This document shows, one piece after another, positions 40,022 to 53,419 of a stretch of 64,000 bases of DNA. The stretch comes from Octopus vulgaris. Taxonomy: Eukaryota. Each line of letters starts with the position of its first letter. Position 1 is the first letter of the stretch. The DNA is taken from positions 85,684,001 to 85,748,000 of the forward strand of contig OX597815.1 in the NCBI GenBank assembly GCA_951406725.2, written 5' to 3'. The notes beneath the pieces were generated by a model. It had not been told where the DNA came from and did not search any database. It was given only the letters and a program-made list of their open reading frames with translations. The position numbers were made by a program, and so were the translations under genes.

Positions 40022-41729
40022 CACACACACACAAACACTCACACACAAACACTCACACACACACATATATATATTGAAGTTTATATGTGTTAGAGAGTGT
40101 ATGAGTGTGTAGAAGAATAAGACAATTTATGTTTATCACGTAAACATTTATGATAGGAATTAGTAGATTCAATTTTAAAGGATCCTGGCCCGAGATGGGA
40201 CCACAGGACACTGTAAAGAAGTGAGCCTACCAAATCCTACAACGGTCACAGATTGTTAAAAAAAGTGCCTATCTAGGTATAAAAGCAACAAATATTGACT
40301 ATGGAAAACGCCAAATATTTAATTTTATTGACTGATTTCGATATTCCTGCAGTCGAGGCTCCTTGAAAGAGTTAAAACTTCGAAGTTCCTGTCAATGAAA
40401 TTATCATCCATCCGCACATACTCATACATACATTTTTACTTCTATCAAATTTGACTTCCTCTTTATCTTTATGTATACAAAACATACACTCACATACATT
40501 TATACATGCAAAATGACACAAAAATTTCCGCACGCTAACGCACACACACATGCTTTTCAGCACACGTAGACGGGAGTAATCTGTACAGATATATACATAT
40601 ACGTGTTTACATCTAGAACGATAAACCACTAGTACGTACTAATCAGCAAGCACAATAATCAGGGAATATATATTTATAAAGAATGGAACAAGAAGGAAAC
40701 AGTTTTGATGAGGAAAGGAAATGTTTACCGTAAATACATTACTATATAATATCGTGTCTTTGACATGTAAGTTCTCACGGAATAACAAAGATTTTTAATA
40801 GGAAGGATACCTTTGACATACTGAATTATAGAAGTGTGCTGGAAGCGTTACAGAAAATGTTCCATACTTTCTGACAGCCTCCATCTGTTAATGCTTGTTG
40901 CATTGTCAACATTTTAATAGTAACAATCTCTGACATTTAATGGTAATATCAGTGATTGTGATTTGATAACGTTGCCTTTGTCGGTGGGCGGGGTTCCCAA
41001 TAGTGGTGTTCTTTGCTTTGAAAGTCGTGGTCGTTGTGATGGCGGTCATTGTTTTTTTTGTGGTAGCGGCTGTGGTCATTTTGGTGTTGGCTGTCGAAGT
41101 CGATTTTGATGCAGCAATGGCCAAATTGTTGTTGGCAGTTGTGGTAGTAATCGTTGTTTTCGTGGTGGAGATGTTTGTTGCTGTATGAGTTATATATTGC
41201 TTAACATTTTGCTTTTACTGATTACTCAGAGAGGAAAGGGTAGTGCCCGCAAACCTTTACATTTTCAAGGACTCTGGAACTGGTGAGTGAGTGTGCCTAT
41301 ATTCAAACTGGAAGCACCACCACGAATAGCTGAAACAAAGTGAAAATATCCAAGGAGAACGTGGTGTTACTAGAGCTGGTAACGGATTAAGATTACAGTT
41401 GATGGTCCACTTGGTGGTCAGGTTGCTTTTAATGGTAGCTTAGTGATCGATGGTTGTTTTGCTTAGCACCAGGACAACTTCATTTGTGTAGATCTGTGAT
41501 CAGAAGTGTTTCAGCTATGACATTCCTGTCATCTTGTATTATTTGTATCATTAACTTCAATATTCAATGTCTTTTTCATTTAAGACTATAGGTTTTGATT
41601 TGAGGAAGATTTTGCTACTATTGGTAGCATATCAAAAGACCGTGTGTAGGCTTCCTCGTTGGCTCGAATGATTAATAGCTGGTAGTGTGACAGTGGTTTT
41701 AGTTCGTGGTTAGTATTTTTTTTTTTTTT

Positions 41730-41948
41730 TTTGTACTTGTTTCAGTCATTTGACTGCGGCCATGCTGGAGCACCGCCTTTAGAGTGGTGAAAGAGTACAG
41801 CAGGGAACACCACCATCCCCTGCCGGAGCCTCGTGGAGCTTTTAGGTGTTTTCGCTCAATAAACACACACAACGCCCGGTCTGGGAATCAAAACCGCGAT
41901 CCTCCGACCGCAAGTCCGCTGCCCTAACCACTGGGCCATTGCGCCTCC
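41730..41948 (-). mobile_element. Chimeric SINE (head of the 10630 family joined to the tail of the 37636 family)
   Basis: 41781-41948 matches 10756-10903; 41735-41780 is the reverse complement of the 38024-38068 tail. Confidence 0.7.
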
Positions 41949-42719
41949 ATATGTAATATTCATGTAATATTCATGTCTATTTTTTTTTATGTTGATACTG
42001 ATAGTGGTCGACGGATTATTGGCGACTGTATTTTATGGCAAAGACTGTGAATAGAATTTGTATTGGAGAATGATGGCCAAATTGGAGAGTGGTTCTTGTT
42101 GCTGTTGTTTAGCTCCATGTTTACTCTAATTAATCAGATCTATCAGTAGATATTTATTAGTTATTTGTAATATGTTGAGGGAACATAGAGAAGCACCCTG
42201 TTTGAAACATGGACGAAATGATGGTTAGCACCCATGATAATGATGATTGATATTAATAGTTATGGTAGTGCTGGAATAATATATAATCTTAATGCTTTCG
42301 AAGTGGCTGTATGGTTGATAATATTGGAAATAACAAGAAAAAGTTTTCGTGTTTTAAAAATGAAATTATCTGATTCTTATATCTTTTATACTATATCCAA
42401 AGAAGTTTATAGAATTTCTCTACCTGGTTAAGTTTTTGTGTAGCATGTAATTAAATCTTTAAAAATCCATTTTGTTATACATTCATTTTGTCATTTGACT
42501 CTTTCATGTTTGCGTTATGTGCCATAGGTACAAAAAGGAAATGAATACCGTTATGAAGGATTGCTTTTAAGCTGATTTTAAGTAAAAGAAAATACAGGAG
42601 GATCAGTTAATTATGGTTTTATTCACCATATTTCCCTCTCAGATTCAATCACTTATTGCATTGATTCTTCAGGTTTTCTAAGCCCTATAAGAGAACTCAG
42701 AAGTTTGGACCTCCAACCA

Positions 42720-43090
42720 GGCCTTTCGCGACACCCTTAAAGTCAGGAACTTTTCAGCACCCTAAAGTCAGGAACTTTTAGACAATGTATACACCATATG
42801 TATTAAATATTTGATTATAGTAATATTAATTAATATCCGGTGATTATGTTAAGTAAGGGAAAAAGCTGAACATAGCGCTACAAGAATAGCAAGAATAAAA
42901 AATGATGTTAAATTATTTTAAAAATCGTAGACTCATCGTAGACGCTCGCTAATACTCAGACGGGCTCGATATTAATCACAACTATAAGATACCCGAATTT
43001 GGTTAAACTGCACCGCAAAATGTGGGAGTAGTTAGGAATCTAAATCGAAGGGGACAGACACTCACACAACTACAGTTTTATATATATAGA
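42720..43090 (-). mobile_element. Helitron-like 5' terminal fragment
   Basis: Minus strand starts A|TCTATATATATAAAACTGTAGTTGTGTGAGTGTCTGTC, the TC-start and TA-rich pattern of Helitron 5' ends. No CTRR 3' end located. Confidence 0.55.
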
Positions 43091-44223
43091 TTTGATTTGG
43101 TATTTAGATTCGGCATATTTAGAACATGTATTAAAACACTTGCGACAAAACCGCTGTTTAGTGTATTGAAGATAGTTCTGATGGTAATTGTGGACGGTGA
43201 GAATATTTATGTTGTTTTGCTCAACACTAATATCGAGCTAAAGAATATTAATTCAAAATTGTTTAGCGAATATTGTTTAGCTGGACTGGATTGGATTACC
43301 TATGTTCAGTTAACTGCAAGATGAAGGCCTAAGTATGTTCTCTCCACCAACCACGGTTTGATTTGGCGGACGTAAATTTGAACTTGAGATCATACTAGTT
43401 TGATGAGCCCACTCTACTACACTGGCTCTACATGGCTTGGCAGAGGGTACAGTTTTTATACTGTTACCCAGTAGTTAAGTCAATTACATCGATCCAAGTG
43501 TTCAATTAGTACTTATTTTATCGACACCGAAAAGATGGAAGGCAGAGTCGACCTTTAGCTGAAAAATATTTTTTAGCTAATCAATAACTAAACTATGCTA
43601 TTTAGTTATTGATCATAACACCTAATATCAAAACATTCCAGCTATCATCATTCAATCCTTTGAGCCAGTCATTGTATCTGCGACTACATTATCCATGTTT
43701 TCAAAGTTGTTGATTATGATTTGGGAGCAGTTTGTCTGCTATTTCTCTCAGCTCGAGCGTTATCAGCGTAGAGGCTCGCTGGTTGGTTTATTATGCTGGT
43801 GACTGCCGTAACTTGTGGGATATAGTATCATCATCATAACCTCCACCACCGACCCCCATCATCATCATTTTACCTTCTTTTATCTTCCATGCTATCTTGG
43901 ATTAGACGTATCTTCGATACTTTATATCTCCATGTGCATCAAACCCATGTCATCTTACCTATCAGATACAACAGTTCTCGTATCTGATCTAATTACTCCT
44001 TCTCATGTATTTTCCTTTCTCTGTCTCTAGGAGAAGTATTTTCAATAATCACCTTTTAGAAAGCAATCTAGATTTATCATTTGCCATTTATATTGCTCTC
44101 ACTCCCTCTATCCCTCTCTTTTTCTCTCCCTCTTTCCCTTTCTCTATCTCTCTCTCTCTCACTCTCTCTCTCTCTATATATATATACATGTGTGCGTTAT
44201 ATGTCCAGATATATATATACATA

Positions 44224-44229
<6 letters not shown>

Positions 44230-44259
<30 letters not shown>

Positions 44260-44310
44260 TGTATGTATGTATGTATGTATGTATGTATGTATGTATGTAT
44301 GTATGTATGT
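44230..44310. repeat. (TATG)n microsatellite
   Basis: Directly visible. Also at 11489-11575 and 59987-60116. Confidence 0.95.
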
Positions 44311-47300
44311 GTATATGTGTCTCTGTGCGTGTCAGCGGTTTCATCTATGAAGTACATCAAGTAATGTCTTTGATGTATAAAGTTGATTTCTCAATTGAGT
44401 GAGGCGCGATTAGTCTGTATTGTAAGTGACGTTAAGCATTAAACTAATTTCTGTTTAGTAATAGCACATGTTCTCGGTGTATAATGTTCAAGTCTTTGAT
44501 GCACAAACTTAAATAAAACATTCTTTTAAAGAGACGATGCCATGCATCGTTATGTTTTCTTCAGACAGCTCAATGAACCTGCCTTTTATACGAAGAGTGG
44601 AACTTCTTTCTGTCATCGAAAGACAAATATGACTAATTCCAAAACAGGAAAAGAATTTCAGGATAAATACCATAATCTATTTATATTTATATTTATATTT
44701 ACTTATATATGTTGTTGGTTAGCTCCAGGGCAGCTCTGTTCTAAAAACCTTAGGATCAAAATTTTAGTTTTCTTAGATATATTCTTATTTATTTAAGGAG
44801 TCAAAATATAATTTGAGGAAAATTTGACTTTTATTTCTAGCAGGGTCATGTGGACGTTTCATTTGGTTGAAATATTTAGTAATCTCGCGAAATAGCAATG
44901 AATTGAGTCAACTACTCGGAATTTATAAACGACTGTTTAACACAGATGACTTCAAGAGAAGTTAAAATCTCTCGAAGGGTACTAAACAAAACCTACTTAT
45001 TCTGCTTTGTAAAGTTTTTATATTTACCATTTGTAACACAGATCATCCTTAGTTTCATCGAAGTCTATGTGACTACATGTATGACAGTATCAAGATCAGC
45101 AGTGCTTATAAGTGAAAGAAATATTGTCTTATTACAAATTGCTCTCATCATTTATAGTATTCACAGTATATATTCATTTATTAATATACTGATTTAGGGA
45201 TTATTAATCCTTTGCCTGTCACAAATATTTCCCTGGTGCCCGTCCATGCATCACACATGATAAACATTCCCAGTGTTTTTCAACCACTACAGTAACTTAG
45301 GATTTGCGAAAGGAAAACTTTATATTACTGAGAACGTAGGAAACAAGGTCTATTTAAAAGTCGAAAAGGAAGCATGGACGTTAAGACAATACTTATGAAA
45401 ATGCTTTGGACAAGCAAAGAGTTAACTCTGTTATTCAGTATCACAGTTCAGAGGTTATTAGAGATTATTTAATAAAAATAATCCCCTCTTCAGATAGATG
45501 ACTATCTAATGGCATAACTAAGCAGTGGTAAACTGTACAATGTTGCTGTACATTAGTGTATGAAGTGACATTAAGAGAATTTAAATTTAACAATGCAAGC
45601 CATTAATAATTATATAATGCTCTGTGTAATTATTGGGATTAATGATGACACCACTTTGCAACTAGGTGGAGTAGAGCAATGCTACAAAGGAGACCATTTC
45701 AGGGTCGAACCAACGGTTGAATACGAACCGACAGATTCTGAAGAAGGTAACTACAAATAAACGACCACTGTGTAAAGGGAAATATAAGAAAATGGAGAAG
45801 TTAAGTACATGATAGGGCTGATAATATGAGTGAAAAATCAAAATAAATGTGACGCAGAGAAAATACAAAAGAAAACTGTAAGCGAAAGTGGGAAGAAAAA
45901 ATCGGACAGAAAGAATGCCAGAAAGAAACAGTGAGTTTGTAGAAAATTATATCTTGAAATTTTATTTCAAGAAGAGAAATGAAAATATGGATAAAAAAAC
46001 AACAAAAACATATGCTAGTAACAATGATAATTATAATGATTTATTTCGAGGAGTGAACAGTTGATTATATCGATAACAGACCTTGACTGTCGAATGGCAA
46101 AGTCGACCTGAGCGGAATTTGAACATGGAACGTAAGGAGGCGTAGCTAATTTTACATGATGCTCTAACGGAATCTGCTAAAACAACATCAATAAATTAAC
46201 CAAATAATAACGTAATAAAAAAAGACTAAAAAATAAAAAATAAAGCATTCCAATATCAATAATTTGAAATTAGAAAAATACATAAAAAACTAAGAATTGG
46301 AACATGGAAACAAAAACAGCAACAAAAGACAGCACAATACAAAACAGCACCATTAAAAGCTGGAAATATTAGTATGTGACTGTGAGGTGAAAAAAAAAAG
46401 ACCTCAACTGGAGTGTTAAGAAATGTCAAGATTAAAGATAAAAACATCAAACCTCGACGTACCAAGAGCTCATTGCTAATTAGCGTAACAAGATGTCAAC
46501 AAACTATGAGTGAGAGGAAAAGGAAGAGACAAAAGACAAAAACGAAAAACAAATTAACCAAACTAATAAAGAAATGTTATGAACATAGCAAACACAAAAA
46601 TCACCACGTTCTCCATCTACGGGAGCCTCTGCTGGTTGCGCGATCTGCTAGAGAAAGTGGTCAACATTCACTGAGGTAACATTCAATTCTCTTAAATAAA
46701 GGATGGATACTGAACGATATCATCCCTGGTGGAGAAACAGAGAATTGCCATAATTGACACATTGCTGATCATAGGTTAAACAACAATAGCAATATCAACT
46801 GACAACAGCAATAGTTTTTTTAATTCATTGACACAAGAACAGAATGCGTTGAGAAAATATATAATCGGTTGAATTGACACCAACACAAGTCAGGTACTTA
46901 TTGTTTTGACTGAGAAATCACACTTAAGAAGTTTATAAGGATTTCACCATAGAAGATAAGTTTATGAGGGAGGAGTTTATGAGTTCACGGAAGAGGAAAA
47001 TTCATATTTAGCAATATAAATTTCATCCACCAATTTCGTCACAGCTATCAGATAGAGGAAATCTTTACTTACGTTTTCAGGATGGAACCGGATCATAGCC
47101 TGATCCGTTTTACATCGATAATATCTGATCAACATAACAGGGTTATGTTGAACAATTGACTGTATGGGGAACTGTTTCGTCTCGCTTCACGCATTTCAGG
47201 TAGTACCGGCTGAAAGCATTTCCTCTATGTAGAGATTATCCCAAACCGTTTCTACTCTAAAAACTACTCTAAACATTTCGGTATTCGTAGAAATTATCCC

Positions 47301-48084
47301 AAATCAATCCTATACGGGTATACCAAAATTTCCATTAACCACAGATAGCATTGTACACAAGGCACCATTAATTCAGTGACACAATTGAAACAGTGTGCAG
47401 TTTGCACACAACACATTCCCTATTTCATTGGTACTTGAACATATGGGAAAAGAAAAAAAAATCTTACACAGTCGATAGCCTACACTAGAACACTGGCACA
47501 GCTCACATTCAACACGTTTGATATTTGCCACCCGTGCATCATATGTTCTGTACAATTACTGTCTGACACTGAAATCATATAATACCTATCATACAGCAAA
47601 TGCCACACATCAACTCTACAGCCAATAACACAACTTAGATTAAATATGTACTTTACACAACAGAAGAATTCCTATACAAAATAAAGCAGAACGGTTGTTG
47701 CATATAAACATAAATTTACATCCTTCAATGACAATGCTAAAAATACCCCATGAAAACAGAAGTACATTGAGTGGTGTAGAAGAAACTCACGTAAAACTGT
47801 TGGAAACATGATCATAAATAATGATAAAATAAATAATATTGATAACACTGATTTCTTTTCACTAAGCAATAGACCTAGTATAAATAAATCTTACTTGTAT
47901 TCTGGAATTTGGAGAAGCGACAGGAAATGACGATGTCTGAATATATATTAAGTATAGTTATTCATTGATATTGACAGCCACCTTCATGATAATTACAAGA
48001 CTGATAGCTATCTTAAATTTCGTTACTGTACAGTGTAAGCAATAAAATATAAGGTTATAGATATGAACAAGCATAAAATTACTT

Positions 48085-48151
<67 letters not shown>

Positions 48152-49352
48152 AACACACACACACATATATGTATATTTATGATATATATGAAGAGACAGA
48201 AAATATAGAATTATGATTGACGTATAAAGTAACGATATACCAAGCAGGTGTATAGCATTGAAATATTAAAGATTATTGCTCAGGGAGGATGAACAATGTA
48301 GAATACTCTGATCCTTCTCTAATCCGAGAAAATACCTTCAATCTAATCTATTTCGTTCTGTAGGTGAGTGTCGGTGTGGTGGAGTATTTCATCTTTGTGA
48401 ATCCTTTCTCTTAATGTCTGACAATAATTCTTTCTATATTATAGTCCACATTTTCTGATACCACTTTAAGACAATGACGACTGTTTCGTTGTGCGATAAA
48501 GTTTATTTCTGAACCTTTTCTTATCTTACTTTCCAAAAATATATCCAAATTGTGTCCATTTTTTAAATTGTAGAGTATGGTGTGAAGGGAATTTCGCTGC
48601 GTTTCCTAGAGGACCATGCAACTGCTTAGAGACCCCTTCTGATTCTATTTTGCTTTAGAGAACAATGCCATTATGTTTTCGTCTTGCGTCGAAGAATTAA
48701 CTCAATGGTAGAAGTTTCGATAATTCGGTTACATTCAGGTTTTTTTTATATATAAATAAAATACGAGTAAAAAAAATAAATGCTAGCTTTGAGTTCCCTA
48801 GTGAAGCAAATGATTTCATAAATATTTTTCAATGAAAACTCTTCATAATTGTGTATTGCAGTATCATATATCCTGTCTTCAGTTTTGTTAAACAGAGTTC
48901 ATATGATAGAAGAGAAGAAGGATATGAAAGAGGAAGAAGGAAATAAACAAAGAGGGGAGAGAAAAGGTAAATAAATATGATATTGAAGAATAATGGCCTT
49001 TTTGAAGCGGAAAGTTTCAAGGACAAATTATTGTAGTTAATAAATAATAGCTGACTTTAATATAACAAAATTCGTCTTATATTTCTGTTTAGGAAGATCG
49101 CTTCAGCTTACACATAAAAGAAGGGAGAAAATTTGTTATTTTTATTTACTTTTCATTCTATTGCATCATGCTCTTCCTTTTCCTCTTGCGTAGTTTGATG
49201 AAGATAAAACGAACGAATATTGCCCGGGAAATGAAGACTGTTGTATATTGAATATTCCAGCTGGAAGCTATTTCAATTCAATCTAAAAGCACAGTTCCAT
49301 TTTCTCTCAACCGATAACAAAAACAAGCCCGTTTGCCAACGAAAGTAATCAA

Positions 49353-50770
49353 TTATGCATTATTTTGAATCAGGTCTTTATAAAGGCTACGAAAGCAATA
49401 ATCTTGTATTGATGAGGTACCAATATGGTGAAGAATATGAACCTAGAATGTAAAGATTCGAAATACATACAGTAATGTAACAGTTTTACCAATCCACTGC
49501 CAAACATGTTTATCTCTTATTTTACCAGACATATTCTACGATTACATTATCCAGAATATCTTTTATTGTATTACTAGCAGTAATATTCGTCGTTGATCGG
49601 GTAATTTCACACTTTGTCAACATCCACATTCAAAGCGTTATTATATATAGAGATTTAATCCTCCTGTATGTATGTATTTTCTAAGAAAAAAATGTAATAA
49701 CTGAAGTAGAAAAAAGATCAATTTCATACACGAACTTCAGTTTGTTTATCATATGATAATAATGAGTTGTGTGTTATTTTATATATCAATACAGTAATAG
49801 AAAATTATATAATACATAGGGCTTTGGTCGGCACGGAGCTGTAATGAAAGAGAATTGCCCAATGTGCCGCACAGTGGGACTGAACCTAAGGCGATATAGT
49901 ATGAAAGCAAACTTCTCAACCACACATCCATGCCTATAAAGGAGTGATACATTTTGGATAATATTGTCCTTGATACAATCTGCTTAACAAAAAGATGGGA
50001 TGTTTATGGCAAGAGAAAATCTTTGATTTTAATAATCTACTTGAGCAGCGCAACAACTAACAACACTACACCATACAGAGTGTTCTTGAATTAACTATCT
50101 GTTTCCGTGAAGTTGGGCAATTAAAAAAAAAAACTGACAACATTTTGTATTTATTACCAAAACAAATAGATTTATAAATCTTACGTCAAACTTTTATTGA
50201 ATTCTTTCAACTTGTCTGTATACCTACATACTTCAAATCTCTCCTTAGCATTATGAAGCACATTTTGAGGCATTTCACGAGTTAGCTCTTTCATTGCTGA
50301 CTGAATGTGTTCTTTAAGCTCAGCTAAACGATTGCTCCATCTTGGGGATGGAGGTAAAGAAAATGATTGCTGTCAAATTGAAAACAAAGCTGCCATGGAC
50401 AAATAAGAGGGGTCCAACAGGAATGAAAATAAAATTATAAACGAATTTATCTTGTCAGGCTCATACATTAATTTAAATGTAATAAAAATTACAATTCTGG
50501 TGAAAGCATTACTCCACTGCGCGACTCATTTAGGTTTTATAAAGAGTTTCCAGCTGTTCAATGCTGAAATAAGATTTGATCTTGAAAAGAAAAACTGACT
50601 TTACTCAGCCAAAACTGTTCAACAAAAAGTCTCGGCTATATAAAATGTATTTGGTGTTCGTTCATTGTTTATCTCTTTATTGATTTCAAAGTTACAATAA
50701 AAGCATTCTATATAAAGCTCTTGTATTAGAGAGAGAAAGAGAGGGGGAGAGGGGCGGGGAGAAAATAGAG

Positions 50771-50804
<34 letters not shown>

Positions 50805-51128
50805 GAGGAGGGAGAGAAGATGGTTGGAACATTTGAGCGAAATCATTGAGGAGGATGGGAAATATAACAGACATACATCGTAATTAAACAATTTTTTGTA
50901 GCTTTCACTGTTCCTCTGCACAAGTACGTCATCTTCAGATTTCAAGAACCCTGTTAATTTTGATAAAAATTTCTTGCGCGATTAGATTTAAAGAGACATT
51001 TTGATAGCTTTATAATCATACAGACCTTTGCGTCAGATAATGAGGCTCTCATTAAAATTCTTTTCAAAATTTATTATCTCCAATTAATGTCAGATGTCTT
51101 ACATGGTCCTCTCAAGAGACACAATCGT
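49353..51128 (-). CDS. Tentative last four coding exons of an unidentified host gene (51128-51103, 50950-50877, 50635-50600, 49442-49353)
   Basis: AG acceptors and GTAAGA/GTATGT/GTCAGT donors with compatible phases splice to RLCLLRGPWFLKSEDDVLVQRNSESYKKLFNYDPRLFVEQFWLSKVHILHHIGTSSIQDYCFRSLYKDLIQNNA*. AATAAA lies ~200 nt downstream (49146-49141). Built by hand; no homology confirmation. Confidence 0.4.
50075..50340 (-). mobile_element. Tc1/mariner-superfamily 3' end remnant
   Basis: TA-CAGAGTGTTC TIR-like end. Minus strand LAELKEHIQSAMKELTREMPQNVLHNAKERFEVC resembles a transposase C-terminus. Confidence 0.55.
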
Positions 51129-51546
51129 CTATTTGTAAGGAAAAATCAAAATGTCTCATCACTGTTTTCTTCATCCCTTTATTTTTCTGTGTATTTCATT
51201 TATCGATAATTTCATTCGCATCTTTTACTTTTATTTCACCAATAAATAATGGTCGTTCATTGAGTGTGGGAATAAAGCTAAAATATCATGCATCGTGAGT
51301 GACTTTATTTTCTATTGCTTTTTCTTTTTGCTTTTACGTTGTTATATTGTGGACTTGAAATACTATTTACACCTAAGCTTTTCCATGTTATTAAGAAGTT
51401 ACACGCACGCCTACACACACACGTATGCACAAACACACACGCATAGGGCCATTCTCGATGTTCCCTTTTGTATTGTTGAATACATACTTGGAAACAACGT
51501 GCTTGTACGTGTGAAGTCATACTGGATGCCTGGAGGTTTCAGGGGC

Positions 51547-51611
51547 CATTAGCGTTTCATTCGCCAGCTTTACAGCGGTGTGCTGTAAAGCTGGCGAACG
51601 AAACGCTAATG
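51547..51611. other. 30-bp near-perfect hairpin with 5-nt loop
   Basis: CATTAGCGTTTCATTCGCCAGCTTTACAGC-GGTGT-GCTGTAAAGCTGGCGAACGAAACGCTAATG. The single mismatch becomes G-U on the minus strand. Confidence 0.9.
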
Positions 51612-51614
51612 TGA

Positions 51615-52038
51615 GATCTCCACCAGCTGATCTCCACCGCTGACGTGAGATCTCCACCAGCTGATCTCCACCAGCTGATCTCCACCAGCTGATCTCCACC
51701 AGCTGATCTCCACCGACGATGTGAGATCTCCACCAGCTGATCTCCACCGCTGATGTGAGATCTCCACCAGCTGATCTCCACCGCTGACGTGAGATCTCCA
51801 CCAGCTGATCTCCATCGTTGATGTGAGATCTCCACCAGCTGATCTCCACCAGCTGATCTCCACCGCTGACGTGAGATCTCCACTAGCTGATCTCCACCAC
51901 TGATGTTAGATCTCCACCAGCTGATCTCCACCAGCTGATCTCCACCGCTGATGTGAGATCTCCACCAGCTGATCTCCACCGCTGTTGTGAGATCTCCACC
52001 AGCTGATCTCCAGCGCTGATGTGAGATCTCCAACAGCT
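51615..52038. repeat. Two-unit minisatellite: 16 x 14-bp GATCTCCACCAGCT plus 10 x 20-bp GATCTCCACCGCTGAYGTGA
   Basis: Parsed order ABAAAABABABABAABABAABABABA; 16x14+10x20=424 bp matches the span. Confidence 0.92.
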
Positions 52039-52089
52039 GATTCAACTGACTAGTATCCAACCTCAAGTACATCTTGGGATTATCTCCTC

Positions 52090-52980
52090 TCCAGCCAGAT
52101 TTCATTATCCTTTTTCAGCCATATCCATTGGCATGCTCACTCTGTCACCTGAATCTCTTTCAAGATGGTATTTGCTTGCCGATGTTTAATACCACTTGAT
52201 AACAGCTAGCGCCTCAGTCTGGTCTCTGTAAAATACCTATATCCTACTTCTACAGGAAAGTGTACTGCATTTCAACCAGCATCTGTATAGTTTTCCAGCA
52301 CCATCTCATAACGCTCATCTTTCCCAACCTGTATTTGTTTATATTGTCTTTATGTAAAACATTTTATTCAACCATATTGTCATATCCGGCTTCTTCCTAG
52401 TTGGTATTGGAAAAAAGCGTTCACATCCAATATGATTTGTTGCCATCTCCCAAACTTCACCCCAGTTCTTGTCATTCATAACTTTCTCCTGGTTTGGGTG
52501 ATCATCTCGACCTTGATAAACGAATGCGATAAACCGTTTACTACCATTCTTCTGTGGTTTCTTGCCATCATCGATCATATCCATCTGCTTCTAAGCGGTG
52601 CTACAGAGAATTCAGAGGAACTTATTGAGTCTCTATGTTTATCTTTCCAACGCTATTGAGCAGTTAAAGAGAATATACTTTAGCGTGCCGAATTTTCCGC
52701 ATCTACATTTGTAGTCATTCGTTATTTTCCATCTCAGCAGAATGCGGGAAAACGGCAGAACATCATAGATGGCTTGCAGAAGGAATCTCAATCGTGATGT
52801 GTTCTACCGCGCGTCTCATTCCAACCTACCTTCATTTCAATAATTTCTTCTTCCCACTTGGTCATCTGACCTTGCCGAGGACATTGAATTAAATGCTGTT
52901 CTCTTTTTATCTGCTTCTCTAGCTTTAACTCAGCCACTAACAGCGGCTCTGTGCTCAATCGCTTCATCGTCAACAATGGC
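52090..52980 (-). mobile_element. HERO/NeSL-type (restriction-like endonuclease) LINE 3' fragment
   Basis: QGQMTKWEE...VGWNE, RLRFLLQAIYDVLP, CRCGKFGTLKYILFNC (decayed CCHC), ALER*T*R (decayed RYTWRH), TRKKPDMTIW (PD motif). Confidence 0.8.
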
Positions 52981-53152
52981 TTAAATGGATTACATGTATG
53001 AGCTGCTCAACAATGACTCATTCATGAGACTATGATATCGAAAAATCACGTCATCTTGACAGATACTTCGCTAGCTTTACTATGAAATGATGAACTAGGA
53101 TATTACAAAGCAGCTATGTAAATAGATTTGTTGTAAGAAATATTTATAAACC

Positions 53153-53365
53153 TTTCTACTCTAGGAACAAGTCCTGAAATTTTGAGGGATGGGGCCAGTC
53201 GATTAGATCAACACCAGTACGCAACTGGTACTTAATTTATCGATCCCGGAAAGGATGAAAGGCAAAGTCGACCTCGGCGGAATTTGAACTCAGAACATAA
53301 AGACAGACGGAATACCGCTAAGCATTTTGCCCATCGTGCTAACGTATCTGCCAGCTCACCGCCTT
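53153..53365 (-). mobile_element. Full-length Deu/Nin-like SINE
   Basis: Reverse complement closely matches 4000-4213. Confidence 0.85.
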
Positions 53366-53419
53366 AATGATATCTATAATGAAAAAGAAATGAAAAAATA
53401 TGTTGTATATAATAGGTGA

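Noticed and set aside
47086-47150. Two adjacent small hairpins as a structured RNA or terminator
   Set aside because: Stems of 7-8 bp are expected by chance in AT-rich DNA; no other support.
51517-52105. EISWWRS repeat protein or CRISPR array
   Set aside because: ORFs arise from a stop-poor minisatellite in all frames; no unique spacers, no cas genes, eukaryotic context.
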